Below are positions 12,819 through 25,396 of a stretch of DNA of 51,960 bases, piece after piece; within the stretch, counting starts at the first letter, position 1; each line of letters starts with the position of its first letter. Under the pieces are notes generated by a model. The model ran no database searches. It saw nothing but the letters and a program-made list of their open reading frames with translations, and was not told the origin of the DNA. The DNA comes from Octopus bimaculoides (lineage: Eukaryota). Both the position numbers and the translations under genes were made by a program. The DNA lies in the NCBI RefSeq assembly GCF_001194135.2, contig NC_068983.1, positions 7,965,761-8,017,720 on the forward strand, in the 5' to 3' direction.

Positions 12819-13485
12819 TAATGCAGATGATAATATTGACACAATTCATATTGATATGTTGACGAATAGTAGTCTTGGGTGTAGTAATGATATGAATAAT
12901 ACCTGTCACGTTTACTTCCGTACACCTCCGGTGATAAGTAATTTCAGAAACAGATTTCAATACCCTCGTAACAATTCCTGCCTAACTAAAAACATTTGTA
13001 GATATGAAATCCACAGTAATATAACAACGTATACCTATATTGGTTCCATTGCAAATAGATTCAAGAGAAGATTATGTAATAATGTTTATACATTTGGGAG
13101 ACGTAATAAAGGTAAATATAAATACAAGCCAGTCGCTGAAAAATATCGAGAATTGAAAGATAATGCTCCATATTACCTAGAACATAGTCAAGCATGTTTT
13201 GCCTCCTATAAATGATAGGTGTGCGTATAAACTTCGCTGCACTGAATTATTGGAAAAATGTTTTATTGAGATCCTTAAAAAACCTAATTATGTTAAAAAT
13301 ACATTTATGTGGTTTAAACAGCTTAGCTAAAATTTTCTTGCCATTTTCGGTGCTCAAATCTTTTAGCTTCTAAATACCTGTCTAAATGTATACTCTACAG
13401 CTTTATTTAGGTATATCTCTTCTTACTGTAACATGTACTTACTCTATATATACTATGTATTCACATACATCTATATATGATATAT

Positions 13486-13530
<45 letters not shown>

Positions 13531-13678
13531 AACAAACACACACACAAACACACACACAATATGTATATGCGTAATATATACAGATATTTACAGTTCTATA
13601 TTTAAGAGATGAGGAATTATGTACATTATTTACATTATTTACAATTGACGGATATTTGTCCTCATCTTGTTTGTTGTT

Positions 13679-13726
13679 AACACAACGTTTCGGCTGATAT
13701 TCCCTCCAGCCTTCATCAGGTGTCTT
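13679..13726 (-). ncRNA. Minimal type I hammerhead ribozyme motif (intact)
   Basis: The minus strand reads AA GACAC CUGAUGA A GGCUG gagggaauau CAGCC GAAAC GUU GUGUU. It has conserved CUGAUGA and GAAA cores, a 5-bp stem II, stem I GACAC/GUGUU, and a palindromic AACGUU in place of stem III. Confidence 0.75.
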
Positions 13727-13782
13727 GGGGAAATTTTTCGAACACGGGTTCGAAATTTCGAAACGATGTTCGAAATTTCCCC

Positions 13783-13830
13783 AAGACACCTGATGAAGAC
13801 CGGAGGGTATATCAGCCGAAACGTTGTTAA
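13783..13830 (+). ncRNA. Hammerhead ribozyme motif, probably decayed copy
   Basis: AAGACAC CUGAUGA A GACCG gaggguauau CAGCC GAAAC GUU GUUAA. The cores are intact, but stem II has two mismatches and the stem I partner lacks 2 nt. Confidence 0.55.
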
Positions 13831-14235
13831 CAACAAACAAGATGAGGACAAATATCCGTCAATTGTAAATAATGTATACAGATATTTGTTTACTTTTATG
13901 CACTGAATTCTTATATATACGGTGTTCTAACAAGGTATCCATGTTTAGTTGGATATAAAGATAACCTTTTGGTATTAATACTGCTTCCGTCGCTAATAAT
14001 TAATTCTTAATAAGCCTGCTGGGTATTTGCGATATCAGCGTCTAAAAAGATGCTGAAATTATATATATATCGTGGCAGCGGTATTTGACTGTTATATGGT
14101 CACCCGGTGCTTCTCACTTCAGAGTGCCAATAGAACAAAATTTGACGGCTAGTAAATTAGTCAGTTGCTTAATTGACATACGAAGCGAAGATATTTCAGT
14201 TATTTGAATAAACTGCTTTAAAATCATTGATTTAT

Positions 14236-14684
14236 TATTTCTTTATTGCCCACAAGGGGCTAAACATAGAGGGGGCAAAGAGGGGAAGACAAAGGGATTA
14301 AGTCGATTACATCGATCCCAGTGCGTAACTGGTACTTAATTTATCGACCTCGAAAGGATGAAAGGCACAGTCGACCTCGGCCGAATTTGAACTCAGAACG
14401 TAACGGCATACAAAATACCGCTAAGCATTTCGCCCGGCATGCTAACGTTTCTTATTTCTTTATTTCCCACAAGGGGCTAAACATAGAGGGGACAAACAAG
14501 GGCAGACAGAGGGATTAAGTCGATTACATCGACCCCAGTGCGTAAGTAGTACTTAATTTATCGACCCCGAAAGGATGAAAGGCAAAGTCGACCTCGGCGA
14601 AATTTGAACTCAGAACGTAACAGCAGACGAAATACCGCAAAGCCTTTCGCCTGGCGCACTAACGTTTCTGTCAAGCTCGCCGCC
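14236..14684 (-). mobile_element. Head-to-tail dimer of SINE group A
   Basis: Two bodies joined at ...GAAATAAGAAACGTTAGC (sense). Flanked by TTAAAATCATTGATTTAT (14218-14235) / TTAAAATCATTTATTTAT (14685-14702). Confidence 0.9.
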
Positions 14685-16387
14685 TTAAAATCATTTATTT
14701 ATGTAATAACAATTCACGGTTAATACACTTGGTTGTAACTTCACAACTGTTCTTTTCTCATATCAGTTTTCCAAAAGGTTATCACATTGTTTCTCCGTAC
14801 AAATTAACTTACAACGTATATTATGTTTAAAACAACTCTCCACCAACGTATGTCGCTCCCCATAACTTTCTCATTTGAATCCTCCTTTTTCACACAATTC
14901 CTTGGCCTTTCTGGATTTTAACTGTATACTGTTAGTTATAACATGTTATTGACAGAAAATTGCATTTATCCAATGGTAATCGTTTCAGTTATCCTAATTC
15001 ATTTAAAATTTTAAATGAATTTCGTCAATGAATTTAAGAACAATAAGAGGTTGTTGTAATTTACATTGTCAATGAATATATAATAAGCAATTATGAGATA
15101 CTAATTGACAGTCATATAATTGATTTTCTTCTCTTCTCCACTACTTGCTGTTTTTCACTTTGCCCGAACAGCCTGTTCCACACCTTCCCCGCCACACACC
15201 TTTAAGGTCATTACCTCCCATCTCCCGCACACACGCACACGCACACTGACACACAACGTCTCATTTAAGAGTGCCAATAGAACGAAATTTGACGGCTAGT
15301 AAATTAGTTGCTTAATTGATGTATGAAGCGAGGATATTTCAATTATTTAAATAAGCTGCCTCTAGTGAGGAATACCCATAATAAGTGATACCGCACATAT
15401 AAGTCTCTGTAGTGGATTTTCTTTCTTTTCTTTTTATTGTCATATTGAAATTAAATAATTTAAATAAACAATGATGTTTTGTTCAATTGCTCGAAATTCA
15501 GTGGTTCGTTCACAACATACAAATGTAGTCTTAGCAGGGAAAGGGGATGCATATTAGTGGATTAAACTATACTACGCAAAATATGTATAACAAAGGCGAA
15601 ACAATATTAACATGGTAGAGCTCACTATTCTGTGTAGAATTAGTCAAGTAGAAAATGATTTTTCTCCTCACTAAAGCTGTATATTTAACTAATTAAAATG
15701 TATAAGTTAGTGAAAAGAAAATCATATTTGTAGGTTGTTTACTCACTTTTTCTTTATAGTAGAATTTATCTCACTAAACGTGGTTGATTCAACTATTTAA
15801 AATGTCTTGGACTCGTACAACACTTTACCAACCTTCTAATTTACTAGTCATCATATTTTCCATGTAGGGATGCATTCAGCCTCAAGTAATTAAAAATGAA
15901 ATGATTCCATCAAACAAATATAAGTGATCACAGATTTCGTATCGTATGATATATTTGTTATGATAAGTAAGGATTTTGCATAGCAAAGAAGAAAAAACTC
16001 ATCTTTCGAAATATGACCCAGTGAGCTGTCAAGTGGCAATGCGAATTTCAGCAGCTTCATTGTCTTTTCTGTTTAGAGTTATCGGTTCTCATATCTGAAA
16101 TCACTTTGTTGCATTATTCCGCGCATTGACGAAAATTTACCACGAATGAACAGCTACAATGTATTCGTATATACTTGAAATCTTAAGCAGCGTTACATTT
16201 ATCATTCAGACACTCTCTAAATGGAACCGAAGTTGGATCGTATCTACGTAGTCGTCGGGAAGTCTTTCGACATTGCCGCAGAGTAAGAACAAAATTTAGA
16301 ATAGAATAAATCATTGTTTTATATACGTGAAATTTTATCCTTAGCTGCAATATTTTAAGTAAAAAATCTTCTTTGTATTGTTTTTTA

Positions 16388-16690
16388 TGCGCCCTTTTAA
16401 AGCCTAACCAGGCTCATGGGACCGGTTTCCCGGTTTCTATGCCGTATGTGTTTCCCCAGCCGGACGGGACGCCAGTCCATCGCAGCTTTACTCAATAAGC
16501 AAGAAGAAAGGGTGAGAGAAAGTTGGGGCGAAAGAGTACAGCAGGGGTCTCCACCACGCCCTGCCGGAGCCTCGTAGAGCTTTAGGTGTTTTTGCTCAAT
16601 ATACACACATAACGCCCGGTCTGGGAATCGAAACCGGGATCCTCCGACCGCGAGTCCGCTGGCCTAACCAATGGACCATTGCGCCTCCAC
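16388..16690 (-). mobile_element. tRNA-derived SINE group C, variant with V-domain-like 3' part
   Basis: The head matches the 43047 copy. The 3' part reads GCTGCGATGGACTGGCGTCCCGTCC...AGAAACCGGG, resembling the V-SINE domain (from memory). Confidence 0.85.
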
Positions 16691-16830
16691 TGTTTCGTCC
16701 TTTACCAGATGTAATAATTTATCCTGAACTTTTCCAGATTTATAATCTTAAGAATATTATTTCCCTTGCTCGCATTTTCCCATGCAATATACAATATCTG
16801 TACACCACTTCAAACACAGTCTCCCTCTCT

Positions 16831-16896
<66 letters not shown>

Positions 16897-18338
16897 ACAC
16901 ACTTATGTGTATACATGCTCATGCACAGATACACCCACACATAATTTTCAGCAGTTGATTTTCTTTTGTTTTCTTTTTATAGTCATATTGAAAATAAGAA
17001 AATGATGTCTTGTTCAACTACTCGAAATTCGGTGGTTCACTGACAATATGCAACACTAGCCTTAACAGGGAAAGAGAGAGCACATTAACAAATTAGGCTA
17101 TATTTTGCAAGATATGTAAGTGGAAACAAAATTATATTTGCAGGATTTTTCTCATACCTCTTCTTTGTAGAATTAGTCTCACCAAAAGTCGTTGGTTTAA
17201 CTAATTAAAACGTCTTGAATTCGTACATCACTTCCACAACTTTCCGATTTACTAGTCTTCAAATTTTCTACATAGAGATGTGACCAATATCAAGTAAATA
17301 CTTTTATAAAAATGAATTAATTCCATTAAACAAATATAATTGCATGAAGATTTCATCTTACATTATATATTTCATATTCTAATTACGAATTTTACATTGA
17401 AAGAAGAAATAACACATATTCCGAAATGCAACTCTATGCGATCTTAAGTACCAATGCGAATTTCAACAGGCTGTTACTCCTTTCAGTTTAACTTTATTGC
17501 TTGTGATATCTAAAAATATTTTCTTGGTTTTATTCCTTGCGAATTTTCCCAGTCCTCGAATGTTCACAATCTTCCAGGGATTTGATATCCTTGCGGGTAA
17601 TGCCAGCGACATCTTCTAATCAGACACCGTATTAAATAATGCGTAGTTGTTTCGAATCGATAGCGATATCTGCAGTAACTTTCACAATTCACTTGCGTAA
17701 GTGCTAAAATTAGACAAGAACAAGTGTTTTAAAGCCATTGTTTTATATATGTAAAAGTCACCTCAACATTCTAGGTTGTAATTTCAGAACTGCTCTTTTG
17801 TCGTATCTGTTTTTCGAAACGTCATCACACTGTCTCTACCACACAGATTAACCTTCGACAAATGTTTGAACAACTCTACCAATGCATGCCGTTTCCCACA
17901 ACTTCCTCACTTGAATCCTTCATTTCTCTCACACATTATTGATTACTTTTTTTTCTGGATTCGAACAGCATTCTTTTAGTTATAACACGTTACTGACAGA
18001 AAATTGTACTTATCCAATGATTATAATTTCAATTATTTTAATATATTACAAAATGAAAATGGATTTCATCAATGTATTTAAGAACAGTGAATGGTTGTTG
18101 TAAATTGTATAGTCAATGAATATATATTAAACAATTGTGAGATGTTAATTGACAGTCATATAATTGGCTGACTTTTCTTCTCTCGCACTCCTGCCCTGTT
18201 ACTTCCGCTTTGAGTGAGTACTCTGTTTCACACCTTCCCTGTCACAAACCCTTAAGATAATTAACACACACACACACACACACATTCCCACACACAGACA
18301 CATTCATACGCACACACATTCATGCACACAAACATTCA

Positions 18339-18379
<41 letters not shown>

Positions 18380-18389
18380 GCGCTTTGAC

Positions 18390-18600
18390 CGCCTTGACCT
18401 CTGTCTTTCATCTTTTTGTTTTCATCACTCTTCTGTCTAACATATTTTCTTACTCTGCGCCAGATTTCCTCTTTCTCCGTGTGATTCAACACCATCTCTT
18501 CCAAGTCATAGAATCAAACTTCGGCTAATTTTTGTAACTCATCTTTTCGTGCAAACTTCGCAATCTTCACAACCTTTCGATTTTCAGGACTTTATCATCT
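18390..18600 (-). mobile_element. Possible decayed RTE-type LINE fragment
   Basis: Minus frame KVVKIAKFARKDELQKLAEV*FYDLEEMVLNHTEKEEIWRRVRKYVRQKSD resembles the EN-RT linker of RTE elements. There are no catalytic motifs. Confidence 0.35.
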
Positions 18601-19101
18601 CAAATCCATGTTTCTTCTATTCTCCTCTCCACATTTTTTTCAGCTTCCTCACACTCGTACTCGATCGCAACTCTTCCCTTTCACGCATTTCGAACGAACA
18701 CTTAACGATTATACACACACACACACACACGCACACACACACACACACACGCACACACACAAACCAGCACTCCATACCCTCAATAACCAGCATACTCATA
18801 GTTCCGTATTTCTACGCACACACACACACACATGTGCGCGCAAGCGCAGCACACACGCACACGCACACGCACACGCACACGCACAAATATCACGCAATTA
18901 CACTCACACACACANNNNNNNNNNNNNNNNNNNNNNNNNNNNNNNNNNNNNNNNNNNNNNNNNNNNNNNNNNNNNCACTCACGTTTATGCAATCTCAAAT
19001 CACGGATGCATTCCTATATGCGGACACGTGCAACTGTTCCCTTTTTTTTTTATCAACCTAGACCCACATTCTTAACTGGCTCATTATCCACTCACCTGGA
19101 T

Positions 19102-19142
<41 letters not shown>

Positions 19143-20042
19143 TTGCTAAGACATTTCCTCTTTCATAGTTTCATTTTATACTGTTCTTCCAATGAAGAAC
19201 TAGCGGCCGAAATGTTACGATTCTCTTTCCCTTCCATTTGATTTTTCAAAGTTTTACAATATTTGTCAATCTTCTCTCGTCTTTGCTCTCTTCGTTTTGT
19301 ATTCGCTCATTATACCCATGCTTTCATAATGTTCACACACACGCGCATGCGTGCATGATGCTAATGTTATTTTGGCAGTGATGTTGAATATTCTTTTTTG
19401 TGGAAGGATTCCAACCACCCCGCAAGTGACTGAAGGTCTCGTTGTTATAAAGTAAAAAAAACTGAACGATTGGCAGTTCAGGTTGCTAGCGGTTCGCTAT
19501 TAGCCGTGATTGTGAGTGTTGAGTCTCGTGCATTAGTAATACCAGTGCATCGTGTATACACCTCTTCTCCCTGCTTCGTTATATTATATATCCAATACAA
19601 GGGTATAGAAATTTGCCACATAATACAATTAATATAACGCTCACGACTGTCTTGGAAGGAATAAAGTTTGAGTTGCTAGAGACGATTCTAATAATCAAGA
19701 CCTGTCATGTCTATTTCTCTCGTGATTGATCTCTAAGGGCTTCGATTTTTTTTTGTTTTGTTGTGTTTGTAGGTGTATACAATTTCCTACTGTGAGTTTT
19801 CTTTTCTTTTTATGGTCATATTGAAATTAAATATGTACTTGAACAACGATGTTTTGTTCAGTCACACGAAATTCGGTGGTCTGCTGATAATATAGAAATT
19901 AGCAAGGAAAGAGAATGCACATAAGTGGATTAGACTGCACTGTGCAAATTATGAATAACAAGGCCGAAACAAAATTTAAATTGTAGAATTCGCTATGGAT
20001 TTTCTCCTCACTAAAACCTTTTATTTAACTAATTAAAACCTC

Positions 20043-20472
20043 CTTTACTACTGTAGGTACAAGGCCCGAAATTTTGGGAAAGGGGACCAGTCGATTAGAT
20101 CGACCCCAGTACGTAACTGATACTTAATTTATCAACCCCAAAGGGTGAAAGGTAAATTTGACCTCACCGGAATTTGAACTCAGAACGTAATAAGCAGACG
20201 AAATACCGCTAAGCATTCCGCCCGGCGTGCTAACGTTTCTTATTTCTTTATTTCCCACAAGGGGCTACACACAGAGGGGACAAACAAGGACAGACAAACG
20301 GATTAAGTAGATTATATCGACCCCAGTGCGTAACTGGTACTTAATTTATCGACCCATGAAAGGATGAAAGGCAAAGTCGACCTCGGCGGAATTTGAACTC
20401 AGAACGTAAAGACAGATGAAATACCGCTAAGCATTTCGCCCGGCGTGCTAACGTTTCTGGCAGCTTGCCACC
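20043..20472 (-). mobile_element. Head-to-tail dimer of SINE group A with two different tail types
   Basis: Same junction GCTAACGTTTCTTATTTCTTTATTTCCCACAAGGGGCTA as the 14.2-kb dimer. The downstream monomer has the short tail. Confidence 0.9.
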
Positions 20473-21994
20473 TTCTAGTGCCAATCAATTAAAATATCGT
20501 GGCTTCATACACCAATTAAGCAACTGACTAATTTACTAGTCCTCAAATTTTCCAAGTAGGGATGTATCCAACATTTATAAAAAGGAAATAATTACATCAA
20601 ACAATTATATGTTAACAAAGACATAATATTATGCGTATATTATATATTTGACACTATAATCACGAAAATAACCCATCTCCCGAAATACGATCCAATGATC
20701 TGTTTAATGTTAATACGAATTTCGGCAGCTTCTTTCCATTTTCAGTTTTCAATTATTGCAATTAATATCTAAAATCATTTCCTTGCTTTAGTTCGTACAA
20801 TGGAACAAATTTACAACCATTATCTGCCATACACTTGAAAATATCAATCGAATTTGCATGTTGTTGTCGGCACAAGAATTTACAGGTTGCAACTCTATCA
20901 CCTAAAATCAGAAAATAATTTTACTTTAAGAACGTTATATATCATGTACAAATCAGAAACATCACAGTAGCTTCTACTTTTGTCATATCTGTTTTCCAAA
21001 AACGTCACCACACTGGTTCGGCCGTACAGATCAACTTTCAACGTACATTATGTCTAAAACATGTCAATGCTTGTCTTTTCCCACAACTTTCTCACCTGAG
21101 TCCTCTATTTCCCTCACGCTTCCATCATTGCTATTTCTGCATAATTTTAATTTTGTCGCATGATTGACAGAAAATTGCATTAATGATTTTTATTGCTTTA
21201 ACTTTTCTAATTTATTTTAAAATTTGAATACTTGCCATCAAAGAATTTAAGAACAATGTTTGGCTGCTGCAATTTATATTGCCAAATCGATATATGATAC
21301 ACCATTGTACAGTATTTTCCGTCATATAATTGACTGGAGGTGTGATTCATGTCAATGTTGGATGCGTGGAATGTCAATCCGCTGATCGATAGCGATCAAT
21401 AAATTTCAGAAGCTTCAACATTTTATGTACCTTATTTCTTTGACCTCATAACTGACGTGTTTGTTTGTTATCAGAAAGTGTTTTAAATTAATTTAACCAC
21501 AGAACAAGAAGCGACATCCTTCATATAGTAGACCGACTCAGGCTGGTTAACGCAATGAAAAGTTCTCTAGTTTGAATCTGTTATAGCGGAATCGTTTGAG
21601 ATGGAAGGAAAGATCCAACTGTTGGAGTTATTGGTGAGAGGAAATTTGTTTTCAAGAAACTTTACAAATAGATGAACTCTTAATGATGTAGGGCTTCCGA
21701 TTCCATTGGATCTGCTTGAAGGTAGGAAAACCTTCAGATGGTTCACATTAATGAAGATAATGCACTGTTAATCTAAAAGGTTACTCTTACAAAGAAACAT
21801 TGTCTTAGAGTGTAGTATATCATTCTTAGTAATGGGTATTGAGTCGATATGGCTGAATGGTTTATGGCATAGAAGCTGTTCTTACAATAAGAGAAACAGG
21901 TATCGGTTAAATTCATAAAGCATGTCCCCTGTTGCCATTTCTATGTAAATAGTCTCAGAGACTCTGGAAATACTCGAAGTACAGAAAAATATTC

Positions 21995-22080
21995 TTTTCT
22001 ACTCTAGACACAAAGCCCGAAATGTTTGGGGAGGGGCCCGTCGATTAGATCGATCACAGTACTCCACTGGTACTTGATTT
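21995..22080 (-). mobile_element. 3' fragment of SINE group A (short tail)
   Basis: CTACTCTAGACACAAAGCCCGAAATGTTTGGGGAGGGG..GTCGATTAGATCGA...CTGGTACTT. Confidence 0.65.
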
Positions 22081-22412
22081 GGTGCATACGCTAAAGTGTT
22101 GTCGGTCACAAATCTTGTAATGGGAATGGTAGAATTCTACCAAAAGTTCGTTTTAGATAATTATAAACAACTTAATATAATATTTTAATTTCAAATATAG
22201 TCCTTACTATTAAATAATAAGCACCATTAGAATGTGATGAAGCGTATTTTAAAGAACATATATATAGACCTCTTACCAACAATCCCGGATGTAATCATAA
22301 AAAGGTTCAGCATGACAAGACAGAATGTAGAATTCATTTTCGACCTGTAAAATTATAATATACATATAAGCATAGATGCAAACATATATGCATACATACA
22401 CACATACATATA

Positions 22413-23288
22413 CAGGGTCCGATGGTTAAATTGTCGCCATTTTATATTTTTGATTTTACGCATGCACAATGTTTCTTTTGGATTTTTGTCAGCTACACCC
22501 TATAGTAGGGTCAGTTGGGCACCGTCTGTGAAAGCATACAGCACTATGACGCAATTCACTCTGCCAGAAATTTGGAAACAACATGCTGTACTGCTTGCCA
22601 TTCGCCCCGGAAACTCCAATACAAACATTTCAGAGTGTTTGGGTATCAGTATGAGGTAATGTACCGAGAGTGATAAAAATCAAACATCCAGTCAATATCA
22701 TTGCATTTGAAGTGATCACTAGTGATTGCGACGTTACGCTTCCATTCATCTTCCCACACAGCCTCACGCTCAACACAGAGGCCTACATCAAGTGCCTGGA
22801 GGAGGTAGTGTTGCTCTGTGTCAAGAGGATGGCTGCTGAAAGATTCTATGTCTGGTAACAGGACTCTGTACCATGCCACACAAGCAGGAGAACCCAGTCA
22901 TGAATGTCAGACAATTTATGCGACCACATTCACCCCTAACATCTGGCCACCCAAGTTTTCAGACTGCAACCCCCTTGATTATTATATGTGGGGCGCAGTT
23001 GAGCAAGAGACCAACAAAACTCCATGTAACACCAGAGATGAACTGAAGGCAAAGATTGTGGCAGCATTCACCAACTTAAACAAGGAGACCGTCCAGTAGA
23101 GTTGCAGGAGATTCTGAAGTCGTCTGGAGGTTGTGGTAGAAACCAATGGCGATTTTATTAAATAAATTTCCTCCTTAAAATTTCAAGATATTTTTATGCA
23201 ATTTTAGTAAACATATCTGTTAAAACGAGATGTCAGTGTAATTTTCAATTTTGCGTAATTTAGACAACAGTTTATTCACTGCACCCTG
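22413..23288 (+). mobile_element. Internally deleted maT/DD37D Tc1-mariner element
   Basis: TA|CAGGGTCCGATGGTTAAA ... TTTATTCACTGCACCCTG|TA imperfect TIRs. Frames give KHPVNII..VITSD, LNTEAYIKCLEEVVL, QDS(V)PCHTSR and WPPK(F)SDCNPLDYYMWG, with spacing consistent with DD37D. Confidence 0.8.
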
Positions 23289-23357
23289 TATATGTGACAG
23301 ATATAAGGCGGTGCTCCAGTATGGCCGCAGTCAAATGAGTGAAACAAAAATATATGT

Positions 23358-23390
<33 letters not shown>

Positions 23391-23718
23391 NNNNNNNNNN
23401 NNNNNNNNNNNNNNNNNNNNNNNNNNNNNNNNNNNNNNNNNNNNNNNNNNNNNNNNNNNNNNNNNNNNNNNNNNNNNNNNNNNNNNNNNNNNNNNNNNNN
23501 NNNNNNNNNNNNNNNNNNNNNNNNNNNNNNNNNNNNNNNNNNNNNNNNNNNNNNNNNNNNNNNNNNNNNNNNNNNNNNNNNNNNNNNNNNNNNNNNNNNN
23601 NNNNNNNNNNNNNNNNNNNNNNNNNNNNNNNNNNNNNNNNNNNNNNNNNNNNNNNNNNNNNNNNNNNNNNNNNNNNNNNNNNNNNNNNNNNNNNNNNNNN
23701 NNNNNNNNNNNNNNNNNN

Positions 23719-23766
<48 letters not shown>

Positions 23767-24285
23767 TGTGTTACATATATCTTACATAATATCGAGATCA
23801 GTTGGATTGGAATACTGTATATTAGAACATTTTTCATGTAATCTGTGTTTATGTTAGATAAGTTTACATATGATTAAGAGATAATTTATGATCATACTTC
23901 CATCAACAGTACTGTAGTATACGAACAACAAATGTTGATACGACAATTCTACATTACAGCTAATTACTTAATCATGAATAACATTAACAAAGATTAAAAG
24001 TTCACAATTTTATCTCTTAAAATATCTGAGACGTTCTCCTGGTAAATAGATTAACGACCACATCTCAACTTTTTCACTTCCTATCTAAGGATATTAAATA
24101 CTTTGGAAGTTACTAATCGTTTACAAAGCACGCGCAGCCGTAACTTGCAATATGTCTAAACACACACCTTATGTACAGTAGATGTTACACGTAAACAATT
24201 TAGATTACATCATCAAAACAAACATCTAAACATGGTGACGTGCTGCTGTCGCTGCCACTACTACTAGTACTACTACTACTGCTGC

Positions 24286-24322
<37 letters not shown>

Positions 24323-24750
24323 GCCGCTACTGTCCCTTTGTTATACCTTCTTTTCAGTTATATATAAATTAGTTTCTGAATTAAGCTTAATAGCGGGAAA
24401 TTTGAAGGTGAGCGTATCTCGATACTAGCCACTTCCGCATTTGATTGGTATTATATTCCATCGCTGGCGAGAAGGCGAAGACAAGCTCGTCGACAAATGG
24501 AATCAGGAAGCAAAAGTCTCAAGAAATACAGCAAAGAATTGCGTCCTAGGGTTGCTGGCGTCCCGGACAACTGCCCGAGTTGACAGTACTAAAAATATGC
24601 AGTTAGGTTCTTCTACAGAAGTCCTAATACATCCCGCTGACACAAAACAATTCATACCAACACGGTTATCAGTACTTGATAACCAGAAATGACTGACAAA
24701 AGTAACTTTAATTTTCTACGTTATTTCATTTTTGTCAACTGTTCAATTGT

Positions 24751-24809
24751 TCAATGGGCTGATTGAGTGAACCTGTCAATAACAAACCTACAATGACCAC
24801 TAGAAACAG
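24751..24809 (-). pseudogene. Candidate downstream exon of a minus-strand peptide gene copy: (T)VSSGHCRFVIDRFTQSAH*
   Basis: The acceptor region TTTCTTCTTTATAGTAGATTTTACCCACAG|CTGTTTCTA resembles TTTTTCTTTGTTGAAGTAAATTTGACTTACAG|CTGTTTCTA at 38015. Only one Cys precedes the stop. Confidence 0.4.
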
Positions 24810-24909
24810 CTGTGGGTAAAATCTACTATAAAGAAGAAATATGCAATGACCATTTTTTTTTATTCCTGTTTTTATAAAATCAGTATAACTCTCAACTTTG
24901 TAATTAAAA

Positions 24910-25190
24910 GCTATACCGACCACCGAACTGGACAGCACTGCATAATACCAAAGATACCGTCTTCTTCATCACATATAGAACCCAGTACTGCAACAGCTAA
25001 GGTTTTAGAGTACCACAGCTGTTTAACATCCTGTCAAGGAACCTATGAGATCTAGGAGTTGGAGATGTCGAAGCGTTCAAAAGGAACTCGGACAAATTTC
25101 TATCTGAAGTCACAAATGAGCACACATCGCGGCAGGAGTCATAAAGAACAACTGCGTTCAACTCGCTTCTCCACCAAAACCAGTACCGAA
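24910..25190 (+). mobile_element. 3' end fragment of a CR1-type LINE
   Basis: Frames give HRTGQHCIIPKIP, QYCNS*GFR-PQLFNIL, VEAFKRNSDKFLSEV and NSLLHQ, like the C-terminal tail following the RT region of CR1-type elements. Confidence 0.6.
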
Positions 25191-25396
25191 AGGAGAACAC
25201 AAAACACTGAAAAGCTGTGCTCCAGCATGGTCCCCAGCCTCTAGCTGAAACCAACAAAAGAATAAAAGAAACGAATAAAATCTGTTATCAATAATAGCAA
25301 GGTTTCACTTTCCATGAATGCAATGAAGTGTGACACGTTAGAAAACTGGTACCAAATAGAAGATTGACATGTCTTTATGCATAAGATAGATCTTAC

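Larger units (their letters stand above)
13590..13876. mobile_element. Palindromic Penelope-like (PLE) pseudo-LTR derivative
   Basis: Arms 13631-13736 and 13773-13876 are near-perfect reverse complements, and the spacer is itself palindromic (TTCGAAATTTCGAA). Direct repeat TATACAGATATTT at 13577-13589 and 13875-13887. Each arm carries a hammerhead core. Confidence 0.7.
14100..21335. repeat. Diverged local array of ~1.3-1.5-kb units (blocks at ~14100-15250, 15270-16340, 16950-18270, 19795-21335)
   Basis: Recurrent motifs GTCATATTGAAA, CGAAATTC(A/G)GTGGT, ATTTACTAGTC, GCGAATTTC, GACAGAAAATTG, TTTAAGAACA and GTCATATAATTG in the same order. Copies 1 and 2 are partial. Confidence 0.85.

Noticed and set aside
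13439-13906. Overlapping ORFs on both strands with mirrored peptides
   Set aside because: They result from the palindrome and carry no protein signal.
21500-21990. Minus-strand SRSNGIGSPTSL, faintly like the L1/Tx1 GGLG motif
   Set aside because: A single weak motif with no supporting RT motifs.
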